Shown here: positions 54,406 through 64,000 of the stretch, in pieces | Layout of the letters: the number at the start of each line of letters is the position of its first letter | Position numbering within the stretch: the first letter of the stretch is position 1 | Source of the DNA: Clostridia bacterium | Lineage (GTDB): Bacteria; Bacillota; Clostridia; Christensenellales; UBA1242 | Reading direction: 5' to 3' | DNA length: 64,000 bases | NCBI GenBank assembly: GCA_017623705.1 | Contig: JAGAOQ010000014.1 | Coordinates: 383-64,382, forward strand | The notes under the pieces: generated by a model | What the model was told of the DNA's origin: nothing | The model's database searches: none | The model's input: only the letters and a program-made list of their open reading frames with translations | Made by a program: the position numbers and the translations under genes

Positions 54406-55881
54406 TTACAATAAGATACAAATAATGCCACCCTTACCGTTGTTAACCACCTTACCAATGGTACGTTTCATTTGCTTCATTGCATTTGCAGGCATGTTCG
54501 CTATTTTAGCCCCAACGCCTTCTTGCATGATTTCATCTAATGATTTGCCAAAGATTGGTGTCTGCCAAACTGCTTCTTTGTTTGTTTGGTATTCACGTTC
54601 CAAAAACTCTAACATTTCTTTGGATTGTTCTTGCGTGCCAATCGTCGGTGTAACTTCACTGCCGACATCGACTTTAATAATGTGCAAGCTCGGTGCAGTT
54701 GCACGTAATTTCAAACCGTAATTGCGACCATGTTTGTACAACCGTGGCGTATCTAATTTGTAACTATCCAAGGTTGGGACAACTACGCCGTAACCTTTGG
54801 TTTCGGCATCATCAATCGCACTTTTTAATTTATCGTATTCTTTGGCTTTACCAGCAGCTTGTTGAATGTAAGCCATTAAGTGTTGTTCATTTTGGATATT
54901 CAAACCGCTTTCCTGCGAAATTAGTTTGAAATACAAATCATTTTTTGGCACTAGATTATAAACAATCGTTCCCGTCGCCACATCAATTTCGCTGGTTTCC
55001 ACCGCATTGAAGTATGGACTATCCGCACAGATTGTGGCAGGATTATTATCGGCAACACGTCGCACAGATTTTGTATATCGACGTAAACGTTCCACAGCAT
55101 CGACTATTACAGCATGGTTAGCTGGCATGACTTGCAACCATTGTGGCATATTGACTTTGAAACCAGTAACTGGGAAATCCGCCAAAACACCATCAAAGAT
55201 TTGCGAAATTTCGTTAGTCCCCATGTTAGCTAAATCAATTCCTAAAACTTGAACGTTAAACTTTTCACGGATTTCATCACAAACTTTACGGCAGTTTTCA
55301 CTTTGCGGGTCTTTACTGTTAACAACAACGACAAAAGGTTTACCATATTGTTTTAGTTCAAAAATAACTTTGGCTTCGGCAGTAACATAATTCTCACGAG
55401 CTAAATCAGTAATCGTACCATCAGTCGTTACAACGACAGCGATTGTACTGTGGTCGACAATAACTTTACGTGTCCCAATTTCTGCCGCTTGATCAAACGG
55501 CATCTCTACATCACTCCAAGGTGTTTTGACATTACGGATACGTCCACCGTCTTCTAAGCCACTGACGCCATCAACCATATACCCGACACAATCAATCAGG
55601 CGTACTCGCATATTCGCATCGCCAACTTTAATTTTGACTGCCCGACTAGGCACAAACTTTGGTTGCGTAGTCATAACCGCTGTTCCATCAGCCGACTGTG
55701 GCAATTCATCGATAACACGTTGCTGTTCGTAACTGTTCTCGATATTGGGAATTGCTAACTGTTGCATAAACTTTGTGATAAAAGTTGATTTACCACAACG
55801 CACTGGCCCGACTACCCCTAAATAGATGTCGCCATTGGTGCGAGTTGCAATGTTTTCAAAAACCTGATTATTCATAATCAT
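54406..55881 (-). CDS. spoIVA: stage IV sporulation protein A
   Basis: NQVFENIATRTNGDIYLGVVGPVRCGKSTFITKFM is near-canonical SpoIVA. The true start may be the ATG at 55875 (MNNQ). Confidence 0.9.
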   Translation of the reverse strand: MIMNNQVFENIATRTNGDIYLGVVGPVRCGKSTFITKFMQQLAIPNIENSYEQQRVIDELPQSADGTAVMTTQPKFVPSRAVKIKVGDANMRVRLIDCVGYMVDGVSGLEDGGRIRNVKTPWSDVEMPFDQAAEIGTRKVIVDHSTIAVVVTTDGTITDLARENYVTAEAKVIFELKQYGKPFVVVVNSKDPQSENCRKVCDEIREKFNVQVLGIDLANMGTNEISQIFDGVLADFPVTGFKVNMPQWLQVMPANHAVIVDAVERLRRYTKSVRRVADNNPATICADSPYFNAVETSEIDVATGTIVYNLVPKNDLYFKLISQESGLNIQNEQHLMAYIQQAAGKAKEYDKLKSAIDDAETKGYGVVVPTLDSYKLDTPRLYKHGRNYGLKLRATAPSLHIIKVDVGSEVTPTIGTQEQSKEMLEFLEREYQTNKEAVWQTPIFGKSLDEIMQEGVGAKIANMPANAMKQMKRTIGKVVNNGKGGIICILL

Positions 55882-55926
55882 GATTATGAATAACGCAACA
55901 AGGTTATAACTTAAATTTTAGATTTT

Positions 55927-56598
55927 TTATTTTTCAACCGCATCAGTAGTTGCAGCTGGTTGATTTTTCTTCAAAATGAATTTATTCTCTTTGCCTGTAA
56001 ACAAACGGACAAGATTTTTACGATGCGAAAATAAAATTATTGCCACACAAACGCAATACATCACAATAACAGGAATCGTTAAAGGAGCTTCCAACCACAA
56101 CGATAAACCCGCCCAAGTAATAACGCCCAAAATCGTTGATAAAGACATAATGCGAGTAATTGCTAACAAAGGAATGTAGATTGCGGCAACAACTAACATC
56201 ACTAATGGATTCAAGAAAAAGGATAACCCAATCCAAGTCGCCAAACCTTTTCCACCCTTAAAGCCATACCAAACAGGGAAAATTGAACCAAAAATAGCAC
56301 TCAACCCCATCGCCAAAATTACGATGTAATGACTTTCATGATAGTACGTAAAAGCCCCCGTGTAGTAACTCACGAACAGATAACCGATTAACGAAACACC
56401 AACGCACTTCAAACATTCTAAAACGGTTACCAATAAGAACCACTTAAAACCCATTGCCCGCCCAACGTTAGTTGCACCAGCATTACCCGAACCGACTTTG
56501 GATAAATCAACATGACGAATCTTAGTAACCGTCTTCGCAACATTGAAGCCACCGATTAAATAAGCGACTGGACAAAGTAGAAATAACCACCAAAACAT
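55927..56598 (-). CDS. plsY: glycerol-3-phosphate acyltransferase PlsY
   Basis: GSGNAGATNVGRA motif; multi-TM. Confidence 0.85.
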   Translation of the reverse strand: MFWWLFLLCPVAYLIGGFNVAKTVTKIRHVDLSKVGSGNAGATNVGRAMGFKWFLLVTVLECLKCVGVSLIGYLFVSYYTGAFTYYHESHYIVILAMGLSAIFGSIFPVWYGFKGGKGLATWIGLSFFLNPLVMLVVAAIYIPLLAITRIMSLSTILGVITWAGLSLWLEAPLTIPVIVMYCVCVAIILFSHRKNLVRLFTGKENKFILKKNQPAATTDAVEK

Positions 56599-57929
56599 TA
56601 CTCTTTCTCCCGATTTCTTAAAAGCAGTCTAACAGGCGTCCCGGAAAAGTCAACCGATTTACGTAAAGTATTTTCCAAATAACGCAAGTAAGATTTTTCC
56701 ACAATATTTTTATTATTAACAAACAAAGCAAAAGTCGGTGGTGCGACAGTAATTTGAGTTGCATACAAAAACTTAGGACGCTTACCTGCTCTAAATGGCG
56801 GTGGCGTCATTGCCACAGCATCTAGAATCAAATCGTTCAACTGTCCCGTTGTAATGCGTTTTTCTGTATTTGCTAAAACACGTTCCACCGTCGCCATAAC
56901 TTCACCCAAACGTTGCCCCGTCAAAGCCGAAATATAAATCGGCTGAAAGTACGGCATAAAAGCCAAATCCGCTGCCAATTTTTTATCAAACTCTAATTGA
57001 GTATAACTATCCTTAACAACTAAGTCCCATTTGTTAATAACAATTACCGACGGACGACCGGCTTCGTGAATGTACCCTGCCAAGCGTACGTCCTGCTCCG
57101 TCAATCCCTGTGTTGCATCAACAACTAACAAGACGACATCACTATTTTTGATACTATGAATCGCACGCAAGACACTGTAATACTCCACAGTTTCAACTTC
57201 AACGCTACGCTTGCGACGAATACCAGCAGTATCAGTCAAAATGTACGGCTTACCGCAATAGTTAAATGGGCTATCCACTGCATCACGTGTTGTCCCCGCA
57301 ACATCACTCACCATGACCCGCTTTTCGCCGAGCAAGGCATTAACCAACGAACTTTTCCCAGCATTAGGACGACCAATAATTGCAATCCGTTTTACGTCCT
57401 TTGGCGGTTGTGAACGTAATAAATTTTTCAAACGTAATTTTTGCACGACTGAATCCAATAAATCACCAAGTCCCGTTTTTTGTGCACAGGATACCGGTAG
57501 CGGATCGCCAATTCCTAAACGATAAAATTCCGCCAAGGTTGTATCTCGCAACTGTTGGTTATCCAACTTGTTTACGCAAAGAACAATCGGTTTACCAAAA
57601 GTACGCAATAACTTAACCACCTTCATGTCGTCAGTGGTAACACCAACCATACCGTCGACAACAAAAATTACCACGTCAGCAATACCAACCGCAATCTCGA
57701 CTTGTTCCTTAATGTGTGCATTGAAAGCACCTTCCTCAAAAGAAACACCACCAGTATCAACTAACGAGAAATTATTACCCACCCACTCGCAATCCGCATA
57801 AATGCGATCACGAGTTACACCAGGCATATCATCAACAATACTTTGACCGTTTTCGGAAATCGTATTGAACAATGTCGACTTACCGACGTTAGGACGTCCA
57901 ACCAAAGCTACCACAGGAGTTTTAGCCAA
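56598..57929 (-). CDS. der: ribosome-associated GTPase Der/EngA
   Basis: Two GTPase domains, GRPNVGKSTLFN and GRPNAGKSSLVN, plus a KH-like C-terminus. Confidence 0.9.
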   Translation of the reverse strand: MAKTPVVALVGRPNVGKSTLFNTISENGQSIVDDMPGVTRDRIYADCEWVGNNFSLVDTGGVSFEEGAFNAHIKEQVEIAVGIADVVIFVVDGMVGVTTDDMKVVKLLRTFGKPIVLCVNKLDNQQLRDTTLAEFYRLGIGDPLPVSCAQKTGLGDLLDSVVQKLRLKNLLRSQPPKDVKRIAIIGRPNAGKSSLVNALLGEKRVMVSDVAGTTRDAVDSPFNYCGKPYILTDTAGIRRKRSVEVETVEYYSVLRAIHSIKNSDVVLLVVDATQGLTEQDVRLAGYIHEAGRPSVIVINKWDLVVKDSYTQLEFDKKLAADLAFMPYFQPIYISALTGQRLGEVMATVERVLANTEKRITTGQLNDLILDAVAMTPPPFRAGKRPKFLYATQITVAPPTFALFVNNKNIVEKSYLRYLENTLRKSVDFSGTPVRLLLRNREKE

Positions 57930-58347
57930 CTTGCACCACCTTTAAGCCCGCATGACGAGCAATAGCATCACTGTGTTGGTCGGGATAACCATGCTTATAA
58001 TAAACCGCATCAACACCAATGACTGCCAAATTTTTCATACAAATAATACACGGACGATGCGTACAGTAAACGGTTGCCCCTTTCAACGCAATCCCATCAC
58101 GTGCAGCTTCACAAACGCAACGAGTTTCGGCACAAACTGCGTTACAAAACCCCGCCGACGTTCCGCTCGGGATATGGTGAATTTCTCGCAAGCAACCACC
58201 AATTTCGGCACATTGCTCTGCCCCTTCCACTTGTCCATTAACTGCGGAGACCAAAACTTTACCATCACGTACCATCACGCAACCCACATGATTACGTCCA
58301 CAACGTGAAGTCTTTGCTAATTCTTCCGCCATTTGCATATAGTCCAT
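57922..58347 (-). CDS. cytidine/deoxycytidylate deaminase family protein
   Basis: CAE..PCIIC zinc motifs; 141 aa. Confidence 0.7.
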   Translation of the reverse strand: MDYMQMAEELAKTSRCGRNHVGCVMVRDGKVLVSAVNGQVEGAEQCAEIGGCLREIHHIPSGTSAGFCNAVCAETRCVCEAARDGIALKGATVYCTHRPCIICMKNLAVIGVDAVYYKHGYPDQHSDAIARHAGLKVVQVG

Positions 58348-58433
58348 GATTTAGAGTATAGACGAAAATTGGGTGGCAGTAAAACGATTGTTCACAAACT
58401 TTCCGTGTTATGTTACGGCAAGGAGAGAAGAAA

Positions 58434-58691
58434 ATGAAAATTAAACCATTGTTTGATCGAGTACTTTGTAAACCGATCATTGAACACACCAGCGAAGGCG
58501 GTATTTACATACCAACCACAAATGCAGAACGCCACCAAATCATGACGGTGGTAGAAGTCGGGACAGCATCACCTGTGTCAATTAACGACAAAATTATCAT
58601 CAACAAATATGCCGGGGCAGAAATTTCGGCTAACAACGAAAAACTATACCTAGTCCAAAACTTTGATATTATCGGGGTGATTTATGAATAA
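58434..58691 (+). CDS. groES: co-chaperonin GroES
   Basis: MKIKPLFDRVL..GGIYIP. SD aaggag lies 6 nt upstream. Confidence 0.85.
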   Translation: MKIKPLFDRVLCKPIIEHTSEGGIYIPTTNAERHQIMTVVEVGTASPVSINDKIIINKYAGAEISANNEKLYLVQNFDIIGVIYE

Positions 58692-60078
58692 AGCACAAAA
58701 AGCATTATACCGTGGCGTTAACAAACTCAACGACATTGTTAAAATCACAATCGGGCCAAACGGCAGAAATGTAATTATCGACCGTAAAAACAGCAGTCCG
58801 TTAATCACAAACGACGGCGTAACGATTGCCAAAGAAGTAATACTCCCCAACCATGACGAAAATCTAGGTGCGGAAGTCATTAAACAAGCCAGCTTAAAAA
58901 CCAATACCGAAGCTGGCGACGGAACGACTTCGGCAATCGTTTTAGCTACCGCAATTACCAATCACGCACGCCGTGCCATTAGCCGTGGACACCAACCAAT
59001 CAAAGTCAAAGATGCTTTGTTCAACGCAGCACGCAAAGCGTTAGATTTACTACCCCAACATGTCCGCCAAATTCACAAATTTACAGACTTACGGCGTGTA
59101 GCTATCAACAGTTGTGCTAACGAAGAAGACGGCACAATGGTTGCCAAAGCTTTATCCAAAGTCGGTGCGGACGGCTTAATTTCCTTAGAAATGAACCAAA
59201 CTGGGACAACCGAACTAACTTTTGCCAACGGCGTAAAATTACAAGCAACGATTACTTCGCCTTACTTACAGACCAAAAATCTACACGACGCCAAAGTGTT
59301 GGTTACCGACGGAACAATCAAATCAATCCAAGAAATTCTACCGATTTTGGAAAATGCAATTAAGACTAACAGTCCCTTGCTGATTGTCGCCGATGACTAT
59401 ACTAACGAAGTAGTTAACGCTTTGGTTTTGAACCGTGCCAAAGCTGGCTTGCAAGTTGTTGCCGTCCGTTCAACCGCAACAACCGATTGTGCGGTAATCA
59501 CGAATGCAACTTTAATTTCACCACAAAATGATTTAACACTACCGCAAGCAACAGCAATACACTTAGGACATGCCAGCCAAATCATCTTTGACGGCGAGTA
59601 CATGACAATTTTGAGCGATGAAAAAAGTGATGCTTTTGAAAATCATATTGAAAGACTAAGAAACGAACTGAAACAAACCACAGATGATTATCGTCGTACT
59701 CGGTTGAAAGAACGGATTGCCAACCTAACCACCACTGCTGGTTTAATTAGTGTTGGTTGTCCGACCGAAGCCGCAACAATGGAAAAACGGTTACGCATTG
59801 AAGATGCTGTCGCCGCAACCAGTAATGCCATGCGAGAAGGTGTCGTAATCGGTGGTGGCATAACCTACCTAAAAATTGCGAAAGAATTAAACCGCAATGA
59901 CATTGGCGAGCGTATTCTCAAACAAGCTTTACCCGCCATCTATCGCCAAATTAACCGCAACTATCGTTTTGACCCCGCAACTTGCAACGTAATCGACGCC
60001 GCAACTGTGATTAAAAGTGTCATTAAAAATGCAACATCGGCAGCTGCCATTTTAATTACTACCGGCACAATTATTTAG
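58684..60078 (+). CDS. groEL: chaperonin GroEL homologue, shortened (464 aa) and divergent
   Basis: ITIGPNGRNVIID, ITNDGVTIAKEV, AGDGTTSAIVLA, EDAVAATSNAMREGVVIGGG. Lacks the GGM tail and has several internal deletions. Confidence 0.75.
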   Translation: MNKAQKALYRGVNKLNDIVKITIGPNGRNVIIDRKNSSPLITNDGVTIAKEVILPNHDENLGAEVIKQASLKTNTEAGDGTTSAIVLATAITNHARRAISRGHQPIKVKDALFNAARKALDLLPQHVRQIHKFTDLRRVAINSCANEEDGTMVAKALSKVGADGLISLEMNQTGTTELTFANGVKLQATITSPYLQTKNLHDAKVLVTDGTIKSIQEILPILENAIKTNSPLLIVADDYTNEVVNALVLNRAKAGLQVVAVRSTATTDCAVITNATLISPQNDLTLPQATAIHLGHASQIIFDGEYMTILSDEKSDAFENHIERLRNELKQTTDDYRRTRLKERIANLTTTAGLISVGCPTEAATMEKRLRIEDAVAATSNAMREGVVIGGGITYLKIAKELNRNDIGERILKQALPAIYRQINRNYRFDPATCNVIDAATVIKSVIKNATSAAAILITTGTII

Positions 60079-60424
60079 AACGTGATTTGAAAATCATACC
60101 GACAACTAAACCCGAAACAATCGCAACGGCAATACCTGCCGACATCGCAGTTAGTCCACCCGTAAAAATACCAAGAAAACCATACTTGTCAATGTTTTCA
60201 AAAGTACCTTTTACTAACCCTGCTCCGAAACCAGTAATCGGGGTACTAACACCTGCACCAGCAAATTCCTTTAATGGTTCAAAGACTGTACAGACCTGCA
60301 ACAAAGCACCCAAGACAACAAAGGAAACCAAAATTCTAGCAGGTGTCCAATTCGTTTTCAAAATCAATATTTGCCCCAAAACACAGATGAAACCACCAAC
60401 TAAAAATGCCCAAAGAAAATTCAT
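60071..60424 (-). CDS. spoVAE: stage V sporulation protein AE (SpoVAEB-type)
   Basis: MNFLWAFLVGGFICVLGQ. Operon position after spoVAD. Confidence 0.8.
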   Translation of the reverse strand: MNFLWAFLVGGFICVLGQILILKTNWTPARILVSFVVLGALLQVCTVFEPLKEFAGAGVSTPITGFGAGLVKGTFENIDKYGFLGIFTGGLTAMSAGIAVAIVSGLVVGMIFKSRSK

Positions 60425-61410
60425 TCTGTTACCTCCTCAATCACTACGGCATTTGCAATCCCAGGAATCGACTCACCTTGAAAACAAGTTGTCGGGGATA
60501 ATAATGCTCCTGTCGCCATAAATAAGACTTTATGGTATTCGCCTTGCTGAAACTTGTCCAAGATAAACCCATTCAAAGTAACCGCACTGCAACCACAACC
60601 AGAACCACCCATGTCGACTTTTTGTTCGCCGTAGTAAATTAACTTACCGCAGTCGTAATAATTTTCGCCCAGCGGATAACCTTTCTCTTTCATTAAATCT
60701 CGCAAAGCTTCTTCGCCAATCTGTCCCAAGTCCCCAGAAAAGATAGCGTCGTAATCCCCAGGTTGCGTGTTAGTGTTTTTGAAATGTCGTTCCAAAGTAT
60801 CCGCTGCGGCAGGTGCCATACACGCACCCATATTGTTAACATCTTTTATGCCATAATCAACTACCCGTCCAATCGTCGCACAAGTTACACCAATCGATGA
60901 AGTCTTTGCACTCGATAACACAGTCGCACCCGCCCCAGTTACTGTCCACTGCGACGTAGGTGGTCTTTGGTTACCGAACTCTAATGGTGTGCGATATTGA
61001 CGTTCGGCAGTCGCAAAATGCGAACCCGCCGCCGCCACAGTTGTTTGCACTAAGCCAGCATCAACATAAGTGGCAGCGTTAATGATGGACAATGCCATTG
61101 TTGAACAAGCTCCGTAAATTCCCACATAGGGCAACCCAATATCACGCATGGCAAACGAAGATGAAACAATTTGATTCAATAAATCACCAGCAAAAACAAT
61201 GTCGGGTTGAACACCCGCCGATTGAATTGCACCTTGAATGGCGGTAACGAAAAATTTTCTTTCCGCCATTTCGTGTGTCTTTTCGCCAAAGTATTCATCG
61301 GTTACAATGCGTGAAAAAGTTTCACGCAACGGACCTTGACTTTCCTTTTTCCCTGCCACAGAATACCAACCGATAATTCTCGGCTTTTGCTTAAAAATAA
61401 TTGTACTCAT
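60421..61410 (-). CDS. spoVAD: stage V sporulation protein AD
   Basis: Thiolase-like fold with KPRIIGWYSVAGKKESQGPL. ATGA overlap with spoVAC at 61407-61410. Confidence 0.85.
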   Translation of the reverse strand: MSTIIFKQKPRIIGWYSVAGKKESQGPLRETFSRIVTDEYFGEKTHEMAERKFFVTAIQGAIQSAGVQPDIVFAGDLLNQIVSSSFAMRDIGLPYVGIYGACSTMALSIINAATYVDAGLVQTTVAAAGSHFATAERQYRTPLEFGNQRPPTSQWTVTGAGATVLSSAKTSSIGVTCATIGRVVDYGIKDVNNMGACMAPAAADTLERHFKNTNTQPGDYDAIFSGDLGQIGEEALRDLMKEKGYPLGENYYDCGKLIYYGEQKVDMGGSGCGCSAVTLNGFILDKFQQGEYHKVLFMATGALLSPTTCFQGESIPGIANAVVIEEVTE

Positions 61411-61853
61411 AAAAACAACCCCACAATAAAATATCCCAAGCCACACAACATCGCTACGGCAACGCCAACAACAATTACTGGTCCAGCAATCTTAAACATA
61501 TTGGCACACGTTCCAAAGATAATACCTTCCTTGCGGAATTCCATTGCGGCACTGGTAATGCTGTTTGAGAAACCAGTAATCGGGACAATCGAACCGCCAC
61601 CAGCAAAATAGCCAATTTTATCGTAAACCCCAATCCCCGTTAAAATTGAAGCAATTAAAATCAAAGTACATGAAACCAGCGAACCAATTTGCGTTTGGTC
61701 ATAAGCTGGCAACCACAGCTGATACAAAGCACCTAACCCCTCACCTACCAAACAAATTAAACCACCAACCAAAAACGCACGTAGCAAGGAACTCCAAACT
61801 TTACTTTTTGGCGAAATTTTTTTAATGTACTGTGCATATTGCTGTTCGTCCAT
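61407..61853 (-). CDS. spoVAC: stage V sporulation protein AC
   Basis: LLRAFLVGGLICLVGEG and the four-TM pattern typical of SpoVAC. Confidence 0.85.
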   Translation of the reverse strand: MDEQQYAQYIKKISPKSKVWSSLLRAFLVGGLICLVGEGLGALYQLWLPAYDQTQIGSLVSCTLILIASILTGIGVYDKIGYFAGGGSIVPITGFSNSITSAAMEFRKEGIIFGTCANMFKIAGPVIVVGVAVAMLCGLGYFIVGLFL

Positions 61854-61872
61854 AGACCAATTATTGCCAAAA

Positions 61873-63762
61873 TCAAGTAAACAATACGATGGGTTCGCCT
61901 TTTTTTACCACGGTATCAACAACAGGAAACGAGCCAGTTACCACATCGCCATCACCCGCCACTTCAACGAAGAAGCCCGCCTTTTGTAATAAATTTACTG
62001 CCGCTTCGACGGTAGAGTTGACAACCGCTGGCACACTAATCATAATTGTCCCCGTCCCGTTATCATAAGCCGAATTAAAAGGAAATTTTTGGTATTCGGT
62101 GATTTGCCGAAAGATTTCCCCAACGTAAGGTGCAGCAACAATACTGCCATAATAAACGCCCGTACTTGGTTCATCAACGTACAAATAACACGCATACCGA
62201 GGTTGACTGTCAACTGACAAATACCCCAAGAAGGAAGATACATATTTACCCGCAGCAATATGTCCATCGGCATACTTTTGTGCTGTCCCCGTCTTACCAC
62301 CAATTTGGTAACCAGCAACTGCCGCTTTCTTACCACTGCCTTGATTCACAACACCGTACAGTAGTTGACTTAACGTCGCACTGGTTGCCGACGAAACCAC
62401 ACGTTGTTTTTGATTAGAACCCATTGGCGTAGCACCAATCTGTTTCACGTAACGAGGTGTCCGCAAAATACCGTCGCCAACCAAAGCACTTACGGTTGCG
62501 ATAAATTGAATTGGCGAAACAGCAATTGCTTGCCCGAAACCAATCCGAGCTAAATCGACATCTCGCACACTTTTTTTACTTAACAATAACCCCGACGGTT
62601 CACCATAAAAATCAACCCCAGACTTTTTACCAATCCCAAACTTTTCTAAATAATGATAGTAACGCTCTACCCCCAAACGTAAAGCTAAATCCATAAACAC
62701 ACAGTTACACGAATTGTTAACACCTTCCGCCAAAGTTTGCGTGCCATGACCTTTGGTCTTCCAGCATTTAATCCGTTCACCAGCAATCGTACGACTTCCA
62801 CTGCACCCGAATTTATCATCTAAGCTGACAACCCCTTCTTCCAAAGCTGCCGCCAGTGTAATAATCTTGAAAGTTGAACCAGGTTCCAGCACGTTAATCA
62901 TCGGCGAATTTTTAATTTGAGCCAACAAAGTTGCGACGTCATCACGTGGTTGTTCATTCAAATCATAATACGGAGCACTGGCAGATGCAACCACACCACC
63001 GTCAACAATATCATAAACAACGGCGGCAACACTTTTTGCTTGATGTTCCAAATAAGCACGGGCAATTACATTTTGGACAATGTTTTGGATTCCCGCATCT
63101 AAGTTCAACTGTAAATCTTGTCCCGCCACCGACGGTACATAATACTCAACTCCATCTTTAATTTTAATTCCCCGTAAATCACTTTGCGTAGCAATCCGTC
63201 CATCAATACCACGCAACGCATCGTCATAGTAAGCTTCTAATCCTTCTTGCCCGTGATTATCAACACTCACGATGCCCAAAACTTGGGCTCCAACACTGCC
63301 CACGGGGTAAGCACGTTGATAAGTTTGACTCAAATAAACCCCGTCTAAATTTGCCGCCACTAATTGCAGTGCTGTATCTTTATCCACTTGCATTTTGATT
63401 AACCATTCACTGACCGTAGTACTACTTGCTTTTTGCAGAACTCGTTCGTAAGATAAATCTAAAATGTCGGCTAACGTGCGGGCAGTTTTTTCCGGATCAG
63501 TTACCGCAACCGGACGCAAATAAACGCTGTACGTTAAAGTTGAAGTTGCCAAAACTAAACCATTACGGTCATAAATTGTACCCCGTTTTGCCATGAGTGG
63601 TAAATCTCGATACCATTGGTCGGCAGCACGCACTTGCAAAGCTTGCCCAGTCAAAATTTGCAACCAAATTAACCGCCCACACAAAACCACAATGATTGCC
63701 ATTGCAACGCAAAAAAAAGCGAACAGGCGTCGCTTTTCACTAGTTGCTGTATACAAACGCAT
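61873..63762 (-). CDS. spoVD: class B penicillin-binding protein (SpoVD/FtsI type) with C-terminal PASTA domain
   Basis: GSTFKIITLAAAL (SxxK), SCN, KTGTA, single PASTA. Confidence 0.8.
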   Translation of the reverse strand: MRLYTATSEKRRLFAFFCVAMAIIVVLCGRLIWLQILTGQALQVRAADQWYRDLPLMAKRGTIYDRNGLVLATSTLTYSVYLRPVAVTDPEKTARTLADILDLSYERVLQKASSTTVSEWLIKMQVDKDTALQLVAANLDGVYLSQTYQRAYPVGSVGAQVLGIVSVDNHGQEGLEAYYDDALRGIDGRIATQSDLRGIKIKDGVEYYVPSVAGQDLQLNLDAGIQNIVQNVIARAYLEHQAKSVAAVVYDIVDGGVVASASAPYYDLNEQPRDDVATLLAQIKNSPMINVLEPGSTFKIITLAAALEEGVVSLDDKFGCSGSRTIAGERIKCWKTKGHGTQTLAEGVNNSCNCVFMDLALRLGVERYYHYLEKFGIGKKSGVDFYGEPSGLLLSKKSVRDVDLARIGFGQAIAVSPIQFIATVSALVGDGILRTPRYVKQIGATPMGSNQKQRVVSSATSATLSQLLYGVVNQGSGKKAAVAGYQIGGKTGTAQKYADGHIAAGKYVSSFLGYLSVDSQPRYACYLYVDEPSTGVYYGSIVAAPYVGEIFRQITEYQKFPFNSAYDNGTGTIMISVPAVVNSTVEAAVNLLQKAGFFVEVAGDGDVVTGSFPVVDTVVKKGEPIVLFT

Positions 63763-63792
63763 AAGCTATGTATATGAAGACGAAGTTAAAAA

Positions 63793-64000
63793 TTAACCAA
63801 ATAACCGACTTAACGAATGGCACAACCAATCAAAGAAGGAACTGCTTGCCGTGGTTGTAACTGCTGGTGTGTAGGTACTTTCGGCCTCCACATAATAAGT
63901 TTCACGACTCACACTGTTAGCTTTATCGGTCGCCACTTGCCGAGCTTGTTCCAGATTAGCCATTTCTTGGTCCAGTGTTTCATGCAAAGCTGTTGATTCT
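63793..64000 (-). CDS. hypothetical protein, N-terminus outside the window
   Basis: The reading frame stays open to the window edge upstream of the TTG listed in the track. Its position upstream of the PBP suggests an FtsL-like role, but no TM segment is visible. Confidence 0.35.
   Translation of the reverse strand, partial: ESTALHETLDQEMANLEQARQVATDKANSVSRETYYVEAESTYTPAVTTTASSSFFDWLCHSLSRLFG

Noticed and set aside
58348-58433. CIRCE/HrcA operator upstream of groES
   Set aside because: No TTAGCACTC-N9-GAGTGCTAA-like inverted repeat is present in the 86-bp region.
1-64000. Numerous 60-140 aa antisense ORFs inside large genes (for example within pnp, pyrG, ftsK, spoVD, terminase-adjacent frames)
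   Set aside because: They lie wholly inside well-supported genes on the opposite strand or in alternative frames. They lack start signals and have unnatural compositions.

Overview
The window is a roughly 40% GC chromosomal segment from an endospore-forming Firmicute, probably Clostridia-like. It is densely coded and consists mostly of core and sporulation genes. These include two class III ribonucleotide reductases (nrdD long form, nrdD short form plus nrdG), aspS/asnS, pyrG, rpsT-gpr, parE-parC, ftsK/spoIIIE, valS, pnp, sigK, spoIVA, plsY, der, groES-groEL, spoVAC/AD/AE and spoVD. There are four tRNAs: Ser-UGA, Ser-GGA, Asn-GUU and Thr-GGU. I saw no rRNA, CRISPR array, transposase or integrase.

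Three regions look accessory or unusual:
- 3.2-9.8 kb: a teichoic-acid-like locus built from unusual fusions. It has a TagF-like transferase, a YidC-polytopic-sulfatase fusion, a class V aminotransferase and a TagD-Gfo/Idh/MocA fusion.
- 9.8-13.7 kb: a visibly AT-rich island partitioned by three copies of the tRNA-Ser terminator hairpin, two of them 48-bp near-perfect direct repeats. It carries zinc-ribbon proteins, a Nudix hydrolase and a CYTH-like protein.
- 47.7-53.3 kb: a compact, compositionally host-like phage head and packaging module (TerL, portal, scaffold, capsid, connector-like ORFs). It has no tail, lysis, integrase or regulatory genes and lies between pnp and an intact sigK.

Two patterns recur across the window. 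First, at least 14 operon-leading genes have a sigma-A type -35/-10 pair with the -10 box only 5-10 nt from the ATG and no Shine-Dalgarno, implying leaderless mRNAs. Second, several housekeeping proteins are shortened or non-canonical: a 715-aa ValRS with apparently permuted anticodon-domain segments, a 464-aa GroEL, a ParC with a roughly 315-aa acidic N-terminal extension, an IlvD-like pseudoenzyme and a ThyX-like protein lacking the first RHR motif.

All calls rest on reading the sequence and the supplied ORF translations. No database search was run.
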